DNA from: an uncultured Clostridia bacterium
GTDB lineage: Bacteria > Bacillota > Clostridia > Christensenellales > CAG-314
Direction: 5' to 3'
Assembly: GCA_947586855.1 (NCBI GenBank)
Contig: CANPXV010000001.1
Span: 81,350-145,349, forward strand
DNA length: 64,000 bases
Below the pieces are notes generated by a model that searched no databases, was not told the DNA's origin, and worked only from the letters and a program-made list of their open reading frames with translations. A program made the translations under genes and the position numbers. Position 1 is the first letter of the stretch; each line of letters begins with the position of its first letter. Shown here piece by piece: positions 6,183-14,978 of the stretch.

Positions 6183-8546
6183 TTATTTTGCGCTTTCGAT
6201 ATACTTGCGCACGTTGGACGCATTTTCGTATATCTTGTAGCTGTCGCCGTCGGCAACAACCAATGTGGGGGTAAGTTTGATCCGGAATTTTTGGGAAAGG
6301 TCGGCGTGCTGCATGGCGTTGATTTCCTCCACGTCCATGTTGGCCTTGTGCAGCATAAGCTCGGCCATCTTGCAGTTGGGGCAGTTGTCCTGCACAAACA
6401 GCAGCGGACGCAACAAGCAGGTCTGCGCCTTGGCTTCTTCCTTTTCGTGGGAGACAAGGCACTTCTTTTGCACGCTGTGCTCGGGCTGATAGGTCTTGCG
6501 ATCCTTCCACTCCTGCTGCTTGCCGTCGTTCCAATTTTGCACGGGGCGATAGTAGCCCGTTATGCGGCTGTACACCTCTGTCTTGGCGTGGCACTGAGGG
6601 CACTCGTACTGCTCGCCCGCAATGTAGCCGTGCTCGGGGCAGACAGAGTAGGTGGGGGACAGCGTGTAGTAGGGCAGACGATAGTTTTCGGCTATCGTGC
6701 GCACCAACTTCATTGCCGAACGCCAATCGGGCAGGCGCTCTCCCAAAAATCCGTGGAACACGGTGCCCGACGTATACAGCGTTTGCAGCTCATCCTGTAT
6801 ATCCAATGCATCAAAGATGTCGTAGGTGTAGCTGACAGGCAGGTGCGAGCTGTTGGTGTAGTAGGGGGTGCCGCCCTTTTTGCCGGCAAAGATCATGTCG
6901 GGATACAGCTTGGCGTCGTGTTTGGCCAAGCGATAAGCGGTCGACTCGGCCGGGGTGGCCTCCAAGTTGTACAGATCGCCGTATTTTTCCTGATAGTCGC
7001 TGAGTCGCTCTCTCATGTGGTTGAGCACCTTTTTGGTAAAGGCTTGCGCACGTGCGTCCGTCATGTCGCAGGCCAACCAGGCGGCATTGAGGCAGGCCTC
7101 GTTCATGCCCACAAGCCCGATGGTGGAAAAGTGGTTGTTGAATGTGCCCAGATAGCGCTTGGTGTAGGGATACAGCCCCGCCTCCATAAGCTGCGTGACG
7201 GTGGTACGCTTTATTTTGAGGGAGCGTGCGGCAATATCCATCATTTTGTCCAGCCGCTCAAAAAACTCCTTTTCGTCCTTGCTGAGGTAGGCGATACGGG
7301 GCATGTTGATCGTGACGACGCCGATACTGCCGGTGGACTCTCCGCTTCCGAAGAAGCCGCCGCTCTTTTTGCGAAGCTCTCTCAGATCCAGACGCAGACG
7401 GCAGCACATGCTGCGCACGTCGCTCGGCTCCATATCGCTGTTGATGTAGTTGCTGAAATAGGGCGTGCCGTACTTGGCTGTCATCTCAAACAGCAGCTTG
7501 TTGTTTTCTGTCTCGCTCCAATCGAAGTCCTTGGTGATGGAGTAGGTGGGGATGGGATATTGGAAGCCCCTGCCGTTGTAGTCGCCCTCTATCATGGTCT
7601 CGATGAAGGCCTTGTTCACCATGTCCATTTCCTTTTTGCAGTCCTTGTAGCGGAAGGGCATTTCCTTGCCGCCCACAATGCAGTGCAGCTCGGCCAGGTC
7701 GTTGGGCACAGTCCAATCCAGCGTGATGTTGCTGAATGGCGCCTGCGTGCCCCAACGGCTGGGGATATTGACGCCGTAGATGAAGGACTCGATACACTTT
7801 TTGGTCTCCTCGTAGGAGAGGTTGTCCGCCTTGACAAAGGGTGCAAGATAGGTATCGAAGGAGCTGAACGCCTGTGCGCCCGCCCACTCGTTGGCCATGA
7901 TACCGATAAAGTTGACCATCTGGTTGCACAGCGTGGCAAGGTGCTTGGCCGGTGCGGAGGTGATTTTGCTCGTCACGCCGCCAAGGCCCTCCTGAATGAG
8001 CTGTTTGAGGCTCCAACCGGCGCAGTAGCCGCTAAGCATGCCCAAGTCGTGCAGGTGGAGCGCACCGCTGCGATGCGCCTCGCCGATCTCCTCGTCGTAC
8101 ACCTCGCTGAGCCAATAGTTGGCCGTGATGGCGCCGCTGTTGGACAAAATGAGGCCGCCTACCGAATAGGTGACTGTGCTGTTCTCCTTGACGCGCCAAT
8201 CGGCAATTTTGAGGTAGTTGTCCACCACCGATTTGTAGTCCAAAAAGGTCTCGCCCGCACGACGAGCGTTCTCGTGCGATTTGCGGTACAAAATGTATGC
8301 CTTGGCAACGTCGGCATAGCCGGCCTGTATCAACACCGTCTCGGCGCTGTCCTGGATGTCCTCTACCGACACGATGCCGTCGGTAACTTTGTCCAGAAAG
8401 TCCGCAGTCACCTTCAACGCCAACATGTCGATGACGTCCTGCGTGTAGGGCTTGCCCGTGCCGTCGAAGGCCGCCTTGATAGCGTCGCTTATCTTGGAAA
8501 GTTTGAAGTCGATAACTTGTCCATTTCTCTTTTTTACACGATACAT
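6183..8546 (-). CDS. nrdD: anaerobic (class III) ribonucleoside-triphosphate reductase with a C-terminal thioredoxin/glutaredoxin-like extension
   Basis: ATP-cone-like N-terminus (RNGQVIDFKLSKISDAI). Zn ribbon CPEHG..CPQC. Glycyl-radical motif SRITGYYRPV. About 100 extra residues follow, carrying CPNC and LTPTLVV. Confidence 0.93.
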   Translation of the reverse strand: MYRVKKRNGQVIDFKLSKISDAIKAAFDGTGKPYTQDVIDMLALKVTADFLDKVTDGIVSVEDIQDSAETVLIQAGYADVAKAYILYRKSHENARRAGETFLDYKSVVDNYLKIADWRVKENSTVTYSVGGLILSNSGAITANYWLSEVYDEEIGEAHRSGALHLHDLGMLSGYCAGWSLKQLIQEGLGGVTSKITSAPAKHLATLCNQMVNFIGIMANEWAGAQAFSSFDTYLAPFVKADNLSYEETKKCIESFIYGVNIPSRWGTQAPFSNITLDWTVPNDLAELHCIVGGKEMPFRYKDCKKEMDMVNKAFIETMIEGDYNGRGFQYPIPTYSITKDFDWSETENNKLLFEMTAKYGTPYFSNYINSDMEPSDVRSMCCRLRLDLRELRKKSGGFFGSGESTGSIGVVTINMPRIAYLSKDEKEFFERLDKMMDIAARSLKIKRTTVTQLMEAGLYPYTKRYLGTFNNHFSTIGLVGMNEACLNAAWLACDMTDARAQAFTKKVLNHMRERLSDYQEKYGDLYNLEATPAESTAYRLAKHDAKLYPDMIFAGKKGGTPYYTNSSHLPVSYTYDIFDALDIQDELQTLYTSGTVFHGFLGERLPDWRSAMKLVRTIAENYRLPYYTLSPTYSVCPEHGYIAGEQYECPQCHAKTEVYSRITGYYRPVQNWNDGKQQEWKDRKTYQPEHSVQKKCLVSHEKEEAKAQTCLLRPLLFVQDNCPNCKMAELMLHKANMDVEEINAMQHADLSQKFRIKLTPTLVVADGDSYKIYENASNVRKYIESAK

Positions 8547-8617
8547 TTTGTCCTCCGTTTGCGCTCCGCTCTGCCGCAGTTTGGGCTGCCCCGCCCCGAG
8601 GGAGAGTGAGCCTTTAT

Positions 8618-8646
8618 ATTGTATTACAAAAAAAATCGTTTGTCAA
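8618..8646 (-). promoter_or_regulatory. candidate nrdD promoter
   Basis: Minus strand reads TTGACA, a 17-nt spacer, then TACAAT. A leader of about 65 nt ends in GGAGGACAAAATG. Confidence 0.5.
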
Positions 8647-8654
8647 CAGCTCAA

Positions 8655-8670
8655 ACACAATATATTGTGT
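8655..8670. promoter_or_regulatory. NrdR-box-like operator 1
   Basis: The perfect 16-bp palindrome ACACAATATATTGTGT matches the published NrdR box consensus acaCwAtATaTwGtgt. Confidence 0.65.
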
Positions 8671-8686
8671 TAGTTTTTCACTTTTG

Positions 8687-8702
8687 ACACAACATATAGT
8701 AT
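8687..8702. promoter_or_regulatory. NrdR-box-like operator 2 (imperfect)
   Basis: ACACAACATATAGTAT lies 32 bp centre-to-centre from box 1, which is the typical tandem-box spacing. Confidence 0.5.
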
Positions 8703-8756
8703 GTCAAACATACCGCTTTGTCTGTCATAGGCGGCGGAAAATGTTGCCGAAAATTG

Positions 8757-8790
8757 CAAAAAGAAAGCCGATCGTTTGTGCAAATCGGCT
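8757..8790 (-). terminator. rho-independent terminator after the M14 peptidase gene
   Basis: Minus strand reads AGCCGAT-ttgcacaaacg-ATCGGCT followed by TTCTTTTT. Confidence 0.6.
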
Positions 8791-8879
8791 TGTAAAATAC
8801 ATTTTGTTGCATTGTGTACAAAGATTGTCGAGCTGCGCACAACGCCTTCTGCCACCGCTGTCGACGTCAAAAACGGTTG

Positions 8880-9848
8880 TCACTCGAACAGGGTGTGCAG
8901 GTTGGTGCCGAAGAGGCGGCGGCGATCACGCACCACGCTGTTGAGCAGCTTGCGGGGCAAATCGAGGTTCTGGCGCAAAATCACCGACAGCTGGCTGTAC
9001 GGAAAGGGGTGCTCGAAGCGGTCACTGCCCACCTCGATGGTGTAGGCAGGTATTTTGAGGCATTGGATACACCAATCCTTGTAGCCGCCCACGCTGCCAC
9101 TAAGAGTCACAAGCGGATAACCTGTGTAGCGAGAGATGGCCTCGGCATAGCGTTTGTCTCGCTGGCGGCGGTGCCCCGTCTGGCCAAACTCCCAATAAAT
9201 TTCCTCCCCTTTGAGGTGGTAGCTAAGGGTGACGACGGGCTTGATAAGCAGCGTAAAATCCCTCAAAGCACGGCTTTCCGCAGCGGAAAAGGGTTGCCGT
9301 CCCACATAGTTGCAGGCCGAGCGGTAAAAGCCGTTTTGTGCGCCCTCCGCCCAATGTGCGTCGAAGTTGACGTTGATATCCACACCGTCGGCGTTGGCCT
9401 TCCACAGCGAAAAATCCGTGCCGCCGTTGACGGCCAGCAGGTTGCTTTTGCGTTGCTTGTCCGTCACAAAGCCCACGCCCTCCTGCGCCAGACGCACGCC
9501 GTCGGGGTTGGTCATGGGCACAAAATAGATGCCGCCGTCTATCGGAAGGCGGTTGTTTTTGACGAGGTGTTTGGCCAAACACACCACCAACAGCGCCGTG
9601 AGATGCTCTCGGGCGTGCATTGCGCCCTGCACTATCATATAGTTGCCGTTTTTGCGCCCCACAAAAATGTAGGGAATGCGCTGTTTGAGTTCGCTTTCGC
9701 CCACGGTGCCCGTTTCCACACCGTGACGGCAAAAAAGATCCACTTCTCTCAGCAAGTCGTCGTAGCGAAACAACCTCAGCCCCCTTGTCGAAGTAGTATA
9801 TGCGCCCCGCCCGCCAAAAAGTGACGTGCCTGCGACAAATTTGCCCAT
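8880..9848 (-). CDS. M14-family zinc carboxypeptidase (gamma-D-glutamyl-diaminopimelate peptidase-like)
   Basis: Motifs HAREH (HxxE) and MTNPDG. The start is uncertain: the ATG at 9848 has no clear SD, and the ATG at 9875 lies inside the upstream terminator hairpin. Confidence 0.8.
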   Translation of the reverse strand: MGKFVAGTSLFGGRGAYTTSTRGLRLFRYDDLLREVDLFCRHGVETGTVGESELKQRIPYIFVGRKNGNYMIVQGAMHAREHLTALLVVCLAKHLVKNNRLPIDGGIYFVPMTNPDGVRLAQEGVGFVTDKQRKSNLLAVNGGTDFSLWKANADGVDINVNFDAHWAEGAQNGFYRSACNYVGRQPFSAAESRALRDFTLLIKPVVTLSYHLKGEEIYWEFGQTGHRRQRDKRYAEAISRYTGYPLVTLSGSVGGYKDWCIQCLKIPAYTIEVGSDRFEHPFPYSQLSVILRQNLDLPRKLLNSVVRDRRRLFGTNLHTLFE

Positions 9849-9856
9849 TTTGCAAC

Positions 9857-9887
9857 AAAAAAAGTCAGCCGTCATATGCGGTTGACT
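9857..9887 (-). terminator. rho-independent terminator after tilS
   Basis: Minus strand reads AGTCAACCG-catatga-CGGCTGACT (one mismatch) followed by TTTTTTTG. Confidence 0.6.
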
Positions 9888-9921
9888 TGAAATGCGATAT
9901 GTGACCGACCGTGCGGGACAA

Positions 9922-11181
9922 TCAGTGGGCGTTGGGCAGCAATGACAGATAGTACACCTGTTTGTCGGTGCGCAGTTTGTCGGAAATTTCCACCCCCATC
10001 ACGGCCAAAACGTCGTTGCCGCACGCCAAAAGCAGCAGTTCGTTGCGCATGCGTTGGGGGATTTTTTTGTCGGTGAGATACCTGTTGAGGGGCTTGGTGC
10101 CGCCGCCGAATTTGGTAAACACGTCCCCCTGCCTGCGGGTGCGGAACACAGAGCCGCTCGGCACCTTGTCGGGGTCGATGCGCAAGCTATTTGGCAAAGG
10201 CTGCGTGCCGACGCTCACAGTGCCCAACGGCGTGACAGTGTTGCCCACGCCAAAGGGGATACAAAACGTCCACGTCTGCTTTTGCTGCGAGGGGCACACG
10301 GTAAGGCGGTCGTAGTCGTTGTAGACGGCCAAGCCAAAGGGCAGATCCAGCCGCTTGCCGCCCACGTTGCGGGATAGCGCCCAGATGGCGCAATAGTGCT
10401 TGTACTCCACGTCGCAATGCACGCCCAAACGGCCAAACACAAGGTCCAACAGGCGGCAGTCGCCCTCCGACACCAATTCCAGCGGAATGTGGGCGCCGTC
10501 CTCGTCGAACACCACCTGCTGCAACTGCTGCTCGGCAATGGCCGCAAGCCTGTCCTCGTCGGCGGCAATGTTGCGGGCAAAGCGCAAAATGTTCTGTTTG
10601 ACGCCGCCGTTGAGCTGCTGCAACAATGGCAGCACCTTGTGCCGCACAAAGTTGCGGGTGTAGTGCACGTCGTCGTTGGTGACGTCCTCCACGTAGTGCA
10701 CGTCGTGCTGCGTTGCATAGCGCAAGATATCCTGTCTGCTCCACCCAAGCAGCGGACGGAAATACTTGCCGCTGTGCTCCCTCATGCCGCAAGCACCCTT
10801 GGCACCGCTGCCCCTGATGATGTGCATAAGCACCGTTTCGGCGTTGTCGTCGGAGTTGTGCGCCAGGCAAACCTCGTCGCAGTCCAGCCCGTCCAGCACC
10901 CGATAGCGCAAAATGCGCGCGGCCGTCTCCACCGAGAGGTGTTGCTGTTGGGCAAAATCGGGCACGTCCACGCAGAAAATGCGGCACTCCACGCCCAGCT
11001 TGCGGCAGTAGTCGGCCACAAAATCGCAGTCGGACTGCGCCTCGGGGCGTATGCCGTGGTTTACCGTTGCAACAAAAAAGTCGGGTCGGGGCCGGGCATC
11101 GGCAAACAGGTGCAACATCACCATGCTGTCCACTCCGCCCGAAACGGCCAGCGCATATCGTTTGGAAGTTTCCGTTGTCAT
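9922..11181 (-). CDS. tilS: tRNA(Ile)-lysidine synthetase
   Basis: Start at MTTETSKRYALAVSGGVDS (PP-loop SGGxDS). The 612-aa ORF is treated as a spurious 5' extension running into rsmA. Confidence 0.9.
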   Translation of the reverse strand: MTTETSKRYALAVSGGVDSMVMLHLFADARPRPDFFVATVNHGIRPEAQSDCDFVADYCRKLGVECRIFCVDVPDFAQQQHLSVETAARILRYRVLDGLDCDEVCLAHNSDDNAETVLMHIIRGSGAKGACGMREHSGKYFRPLLGWSRQDILRYATQHDVHYVEDVTNDDVHYTRNFVRHKVLPLLQQLNGGVKQNILRFARNIAADEDRLAAIAEQQLQQVVFDEDGAHIPLELVSEGDCRLLDLVFGRLGVHCDVEYKHYCAIWALSRNVGGKRLDLPFGLAVYNDYDRLTVCPSQQKQTWTFCIPFGVGNTVTPLGTVSVGTQPLPNSLRIDPDKVPSGSVFRTRRQGDVFTKFGGGTKPLNRYLTDKKIPQRMRNELLLLACGNDVLAVMGVEISDKLRTDKQVYYLSLLPNAH

Positions 11182-12017
11182 CTCCACTCCTCTGCCTCGA
11201 TTGCTTGATACAGTTGGACAAAATCGGCCACGGACAGTTCTTCGCCTCGGCAATGCTCGTCCAGACCTATGCCGCAGATCAGCTGCGTCGCCCGTTGCTT
11301 GTCTACGCCAAAGCCCACCGAAAGGCAATTGGCAAGCAGCTTGCGCCGCATAGAAAAGGCCGCCTGCACCGTTTTGCGGAACAGCTTGCGGTCGGCAATA
11401 TCCCACATATCGTTGTCGATATCCAACCGCACCACTGCGCTGTCCACCTGCGGAGGCGGACAAAACAGCTGCCGCCCCAACACTCTGGTAAGCGTTGCGT
11501 TGCCGTGCGACTGCACCCCCACCGACAGTGCCCCGTACTGCTTGCCGCCGGGACGTGCCACAATGCGCTGCGCCACCTCGTACTGCACGGTAAGGGTGAG
11601 GCTGCGCACATCGGCCGCCTCGGCAAAGCGCATCACGATGGGGCTGGTGAGATAGTAGGGGATGTTGGCCACCACCTGATAGCTGCCGCCGCACATCTCG
11701 GCAATTTGCTCGTCCGAGTAGCGCATTATGTCGCCGAAAACCACCTGCACATTGGGGCAATCGGCCAGCGTGCGCTGCAAAACGGGCTGCAAACGGGGGT
11801 CGATCTCAAACGTGACCACCCGTTGGGCGTAGCGGCTGAGCATGCGGGTGAGCGTGCCTGCGCCCGTGCCGATTTCCAACACGACGCCCTGTATCTGCGC
11901 ATCACGGCAGATTTCGTCCAGCACGTGCTCGTCGGTCAAAAAATTTTGGCCGTACTTTTTGCTGAAACGGAATTGGCTGTCCCTGAGGAGCGTTTGAATG
12001 TCGTCTGAACGGTTCAT
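11178..12017 (-). CDS. rsmA: 16S rRNA (adenine1518/1519-N6)-dimethyltransferase
   Basis: Motifs FSKKYGQNFL, EIGTGAGTLT and ANIPYYLTSP. Its stop overlaps the tilS start (ATGA). Confidence 0.92.
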   Translation of the reverse strand: MNRSDDIQTLLRDSQFRFSKKYGQNFLTDEHVLDEICRDAQIQGVVLEIGTGAGTLTRMLSRYAQRVVTFEIDPRLQPVLQRTLADCPNVQVVFGDIMRYSDEQIAEMCGGSYQVVANIPYYLTSPIVMRFAEAADVRSLTLTVQYEVAQRIVARPGGKQYGALSVGVQSHGNATLTRVLGRQLFCPPPQVDSAVVRLDIDNDMWDIADRKLFRKTVQAAFSMRRKLLANCLSVGFGVDKQRATQLICGIGLDEHCRGEELSVADFVQLYQAIEAEEWR

Positions 12018-12023
12018 AACTGC

Positions 12024-12052
12024 ATTATACAATATTTTGCCCGATGTGTAAA
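12024..12052 (-). promoter_or_regulatory. candidate promoter placed only 6 nt upstream of the rsmA ATG
   Basis: Minus strand reads TTTACA, a 17-nt spacer, TATAAT, then GCAGTT-ATG. No Shine-Dalgarno is present. Confidence 0.5.
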
Positions 12053-12070
12053 GCGATGCGCCGCCTCGCA

Positions 12071-12131
12071 CACTTCGCCGCACCTCGCCGGCGGGGACAC
12101 CTCGCCGGTGAGGCCACCTCGCCGGTGGGGC
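12071..12131. repeat. tandem 17-nt hairpin repeats (cacctcgccggnggggn, three copies plus a partial one)
   Basis: Direct read: cacttcgccg / cacctcgccggcgggga / cacctcgccggtgaggc / cacctcgccggtggggc. Each copy can form a CACC-GGCGA-GGTG hairpin. Confidence 0.8.
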
Positions 12132-12288
12132 AAGTAGGGGTGGATATTCAATGACGAATGTGCGATTTTGCGAATAAATTTTTTACTCTGTGATATATGT
12201 TGCGGTGCAAAAACAATCAAAACTCAAACCAAAACGCTTTCAACCAAACTCCCGCAAACACTATGGGGCGCCGAGTCGGCTTGCAGAG

Positions 12289-12321
12289 CAAAAAAATTTG
12301 CGCCGAACAAACGCTCGGCGC
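12289..12321 (-). terminator. rho-independent terminator after the P-loop gene
   Basis: Minus strand reads GCGCCGA-gcgtttgt-TCGGCGC followed by AAATTTTTTTG. Confidence 0.55.
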
Positions 12322-12349
12322 ACTGTGCGATAAATATTTGCAGGCGGGA

Positions 12350-12760
12350 TCACTCCACGTGCCTTGCGATGAACGGGGGCAGCTCCTCTCGGGCGCCGCT
12401 GGCCGTGATGCAGAAATCCACGTTGTGTTCCTTGGAGATGACTTCCATGCCCTCATATAGCTCTTGCAGCTGCGATATGTTGCAATCCAGCAGGCGGGTG
12501 ATACCATCCATATAAATCTTTTCTATGTCAAAATTTGCGGCCAACATCCCCTTGATGAATGAGAGAATGTCGTGTTGGGTTTTCAGATCGTAGGCGGATG
12601 CGTCCACCAGACGTATGTTCCTGTGCAGGTCGTGCAGGCGGTGATTGCTGCGATCCATATAGACCACCACGCCCTTGGCGTCCTGCGCATATGTGTTGGC
12701 TTGCTCTACGATGATCTTTGTTTTGCCCGTTCCCTTGGCGCCGTAAATTACTTGTATCAA
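12350..12760 (-). CDS. small P-loop NTPase, function unknown
   Basis: Walker A GAKGTGKT and a Walker-B-like VVVYMD. Start assigned to the TTG at 12760, 9 nt after GGAGG. The upstream ATG extension is basic and of low complexity. Confidence 0.6.
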   Translation of the reverse strand: MIQVIYGAKGTGKTKIIVEQANTYAQDAKGVVVYMDRSNHRLHDLHRNIRLVDASAYDLKTQHDILSFIKGMLAANFDIEKIYMDGITRLLDCNISQLQELYEGMEVISKEHNVDFCITASGAREELPPFIARHVE

Positions 12761-12874
12761 TTGAGTGTTCCTCCGTTTTTTCTTTGGCGGAGACAATCTC
12801 CACCTGATACCTATTGTAACGTATTTGCCGACAAAATTCAATAGCTTTTGCAAATTTGAAAAGGCTTTTTTGCG

Positions 12875-13717
12875 TTAAATTTTGATATACATGGCGGGCA
12901 CAACGCCGCAACAGGTGGCGTCGAGGTTGATGACGTCCAACTTGCCCTGCATATCCACGCATTGCCCTGCCGCTACCGATGAGCGCAGCCACCAACGGCC
13001 GAATCCTCCGTGCATATCCACGCCCATACATTGTGCATAGGGAGAGGGGCGCAGCCGCAGCTTGGGCGAGGGGGTCGCGGGGGACAAATTTGCCGTCAGA
13101 GCGCAGTCGGGATCCCGCAGGTCCTGCTCGGAAAGGAGCAAAATGCGACGATCGGGCCGTGCGACGGCTTGATCGCTTAGCGGGCCGTTGGGGCCGACAA
13201 AGCAAATGCGCCGACGCTCCTCGTCGGAAAAAGCTTCCGAGAAAAACTCGCCGTTGAGCCATTGGGGCAACGTGGGCAGAGAGTCTGCCGAGTAGTGGCG
13301 ACTGTCCAATATCAGCTTGGACATGACCAGCGCCATGCCGTCCTGCCGACGCAAAATGCGCCAACCGACAGGCTCCCACCGAAACCAATGCACCAGCCCC
13401 TTTTTGTAGCCGTTGGCGCTTTGTCTCTCGGAGATATCCGCACCGACATAGCATGGGCGATACCTGTCGAAAAGCACGCCGCAATAACGCACGCCGTCCA
13501 ACGTCACATCGCAGTGGCGCATAAAGTTTTGGGGTTGGCCACCCACAAAAAAGCCGTAGTCCGTCCAAAAGTCGGGGCGGTCGTTTTGCCGCACAAAAGC
13601 GTTGAGACGGGCGATCGTCGATTCGTCCGCCACTCGGTTTTGCGGATAACTGCCCAAACGCACACCGTCCGCAGGCGTTTCGGGCAAATGGTGTTGAAAA
13701 TTTTCGTTTTGCTGCAT
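12875..13717 (-). CDS. DUF6273-like hypothetical protein
   Basis: 280 aa with W..L......ALVMSKLILD, LPQWLNGEFFSEAF, WWLRS and GVVPAMYI. This pattern recalls the DUF6273 family; the call was made by eye. Confidence 0.65.
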   Translation of the reverse strand: MQQNENFQHHLPETPADGVRLGSYPQNRVADESTIARLNAFVRQNDRPDFWTDYGFFVGGQPQNFMRHCDVTLDGVRYCGVLFDRYRPCYVGADISERQSANGYKKGLVHWFRWEPVGWRILRRQDGMALVMSKLILDSRHYSADSLPTLPQWLNGEFFSEAFSDEERRRICFVGPNGPLSDQAVARPDRRILLLSEQDLRDPDCALTANLSPATPSPKLRLRPSPYAQCMGVDMHGGFGRWWLRSSVAAGQCVDMQGKLDVINLDATCCGVVPAMYIKI

Positions 13718-13803
13718 AAAATCTACGAGAGGGCACCTTTAAGTGTGCAAGTTTTGGCGTTTAACGTGCAAAATTTGCATTTTTTTGCACAATTGTTGTG
13801 CCG

Positions 13804-14874
13804 TCAGTCCTCGGTGGCTTGCAGCTTCTTGGTCTGGTCGGCCAAGCGCAGCGCCTCCACCATCTCGCCGATGTCGCCGTTCATAAAGTTGTCGATAGAG
13901 TACAGCGTAAGCCCTATGCGGTGGTCGGTGACACGTCCCTGCGGAAAATTGTACGTGCGGATACGTTCGCTGCGATCCCCTGTGCCCACCTGCGATTTGC
14001 GCTCGGCAGCGTACTCGGCGTCGGCCTGCGATTGATAGAAATCGTACAGCTTGCTTTTGAGGATACTCATTGCACGCTCTCTGTTTTTGATCTGGCTGCG
14101 CTCGTCCTGACAGTTTACCACAATGCCCGTGGGCAGGTGTGTGATGCGGATGGCGCTCTCCGTTTTGTTGACGTGTTGGCCGCCCGCACCGCTGCTGCGG
14201 TAGGTGTCGATTTTGAGGTCCTTATCCAAAATTTCCAGCTCCACATCGGGCGCCTCGGGCAGCACCGCTACCGTGATGGTGCTGGTGTGTATGCGACCCT
14301 GACTTTCGGTATCGGGCACACGCTGCACGCGGTGGACGCCGCTTTCAAACTTAAATTTGCTGTATGCGCCGTCGCCCACCACCATAAAGCTGCCCTCTTT
14401 GAGGCCGCCAAGCTCGTTTTCTTCGATGTCGATTTCTTCGATTTTCCAGCGGTTTTTTTCCGCAAACATGTAGTACATACGGCGGATTTCGTTGGCAAAC
14501 AGCGCAGCTTCCTCGCCGCCGGCGCCCGCTCGTATCTCGATGATGACATTTTTGTCGTCGTTGGGGTCCTTTGGCAGCAACAGCACTTTCAATTGCTCGG
14601 TCAGCTCGTCCAGACGCTTTTTTTGCAGGGCGATATCCTCGTGCAGCAGCGCAAGCATTTCCTTGTCCGTCTCGGAGGCGGCGCCCTCTTCGTTGAGGGC
14701 CAGCTCCTGCTGCGTTTTGCGATACTCTCGGTAGCAATCCACAATGGGCGCAAGGTTGCTGTACTCCTTGACCAGCTTTTTCCAGCTGTTGTTGTCGGCG
14801 ATGACCTGCGGTTTGGAAATTTCCTCCGCAAGCCACTTGTGACGCTCGACGATCTTGTCCAATTTTTCTATCAT
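13804..14874 (-). CDS. prfA: peptide chain release factor 1
   Basis: Start at MIEKLDKI, with GGAG upstream. GGQ motif SGAGGQHVNKT. The RF1-type tripeptide position reads PDT in RVPDTESQGRIHTS. Confidence 0.95.
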   Translation of the reverse strand: MIEKLDKIVERHKWLAEEISKPQVIADNNSWKKLVKEYSNLAPIVDCYREYRKTQQELALNEEGAASETDKEMLALLHEDIALQKKRLDELTEQLKVLLLPKDPNDDKNVIIEIRAGAGGEEAALFANEIRRMYYMFAEKNRWKIEEIDIEENELGGLKEGSFMVVGDGAYSKFKFESGVHRVQRVPDTESQGRIHTSTITVAVLPEAPDVELEILDKDLKIDTYRSSGAGGQHVNKTESAIRITHLPTGIVVNCQDERSQIKNRERAMSILKSKLYDFYQSQADAEYAAERKSQVGTGDRSERIRTYNFPQGRVTDHRIGLTLYSIDNFMNGDIGEMVEALRLADQTKKLQATED

Positions 14875-14978
14875 AGTTTCTCCGTTGGGGGACATTGCGT
14901 TGTGTGCGCAGTGGATTTGCCCCACTGTTGCGCCGTCACGCAAATATTTGCTGAGTGTCGATCAGACCGCACGGGGTG

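Noticed and set aside
6177-8609. An 810-aa plus-strand ORF opposite nrdD. Similar cases lie opposite prmC (14955-17021), the ABC gene (31674-33740) and the 926-aa gene (35178-37742).
   Set aside because: The opposite strand encodes proteins with unmistakable family motifs. The antisense translations are compositionally biased and contain no motifs.
12528-13736. A 402-aa minus-strand ORF overlapping both the DUF6273-like gene and the P-loop gene in another frame.
   Set aside because: Its translation is Arg/Ala/Gly-rich and motif-free. The two in-frame genes it overlaps have recognisable features and their own SD or promoter signals.
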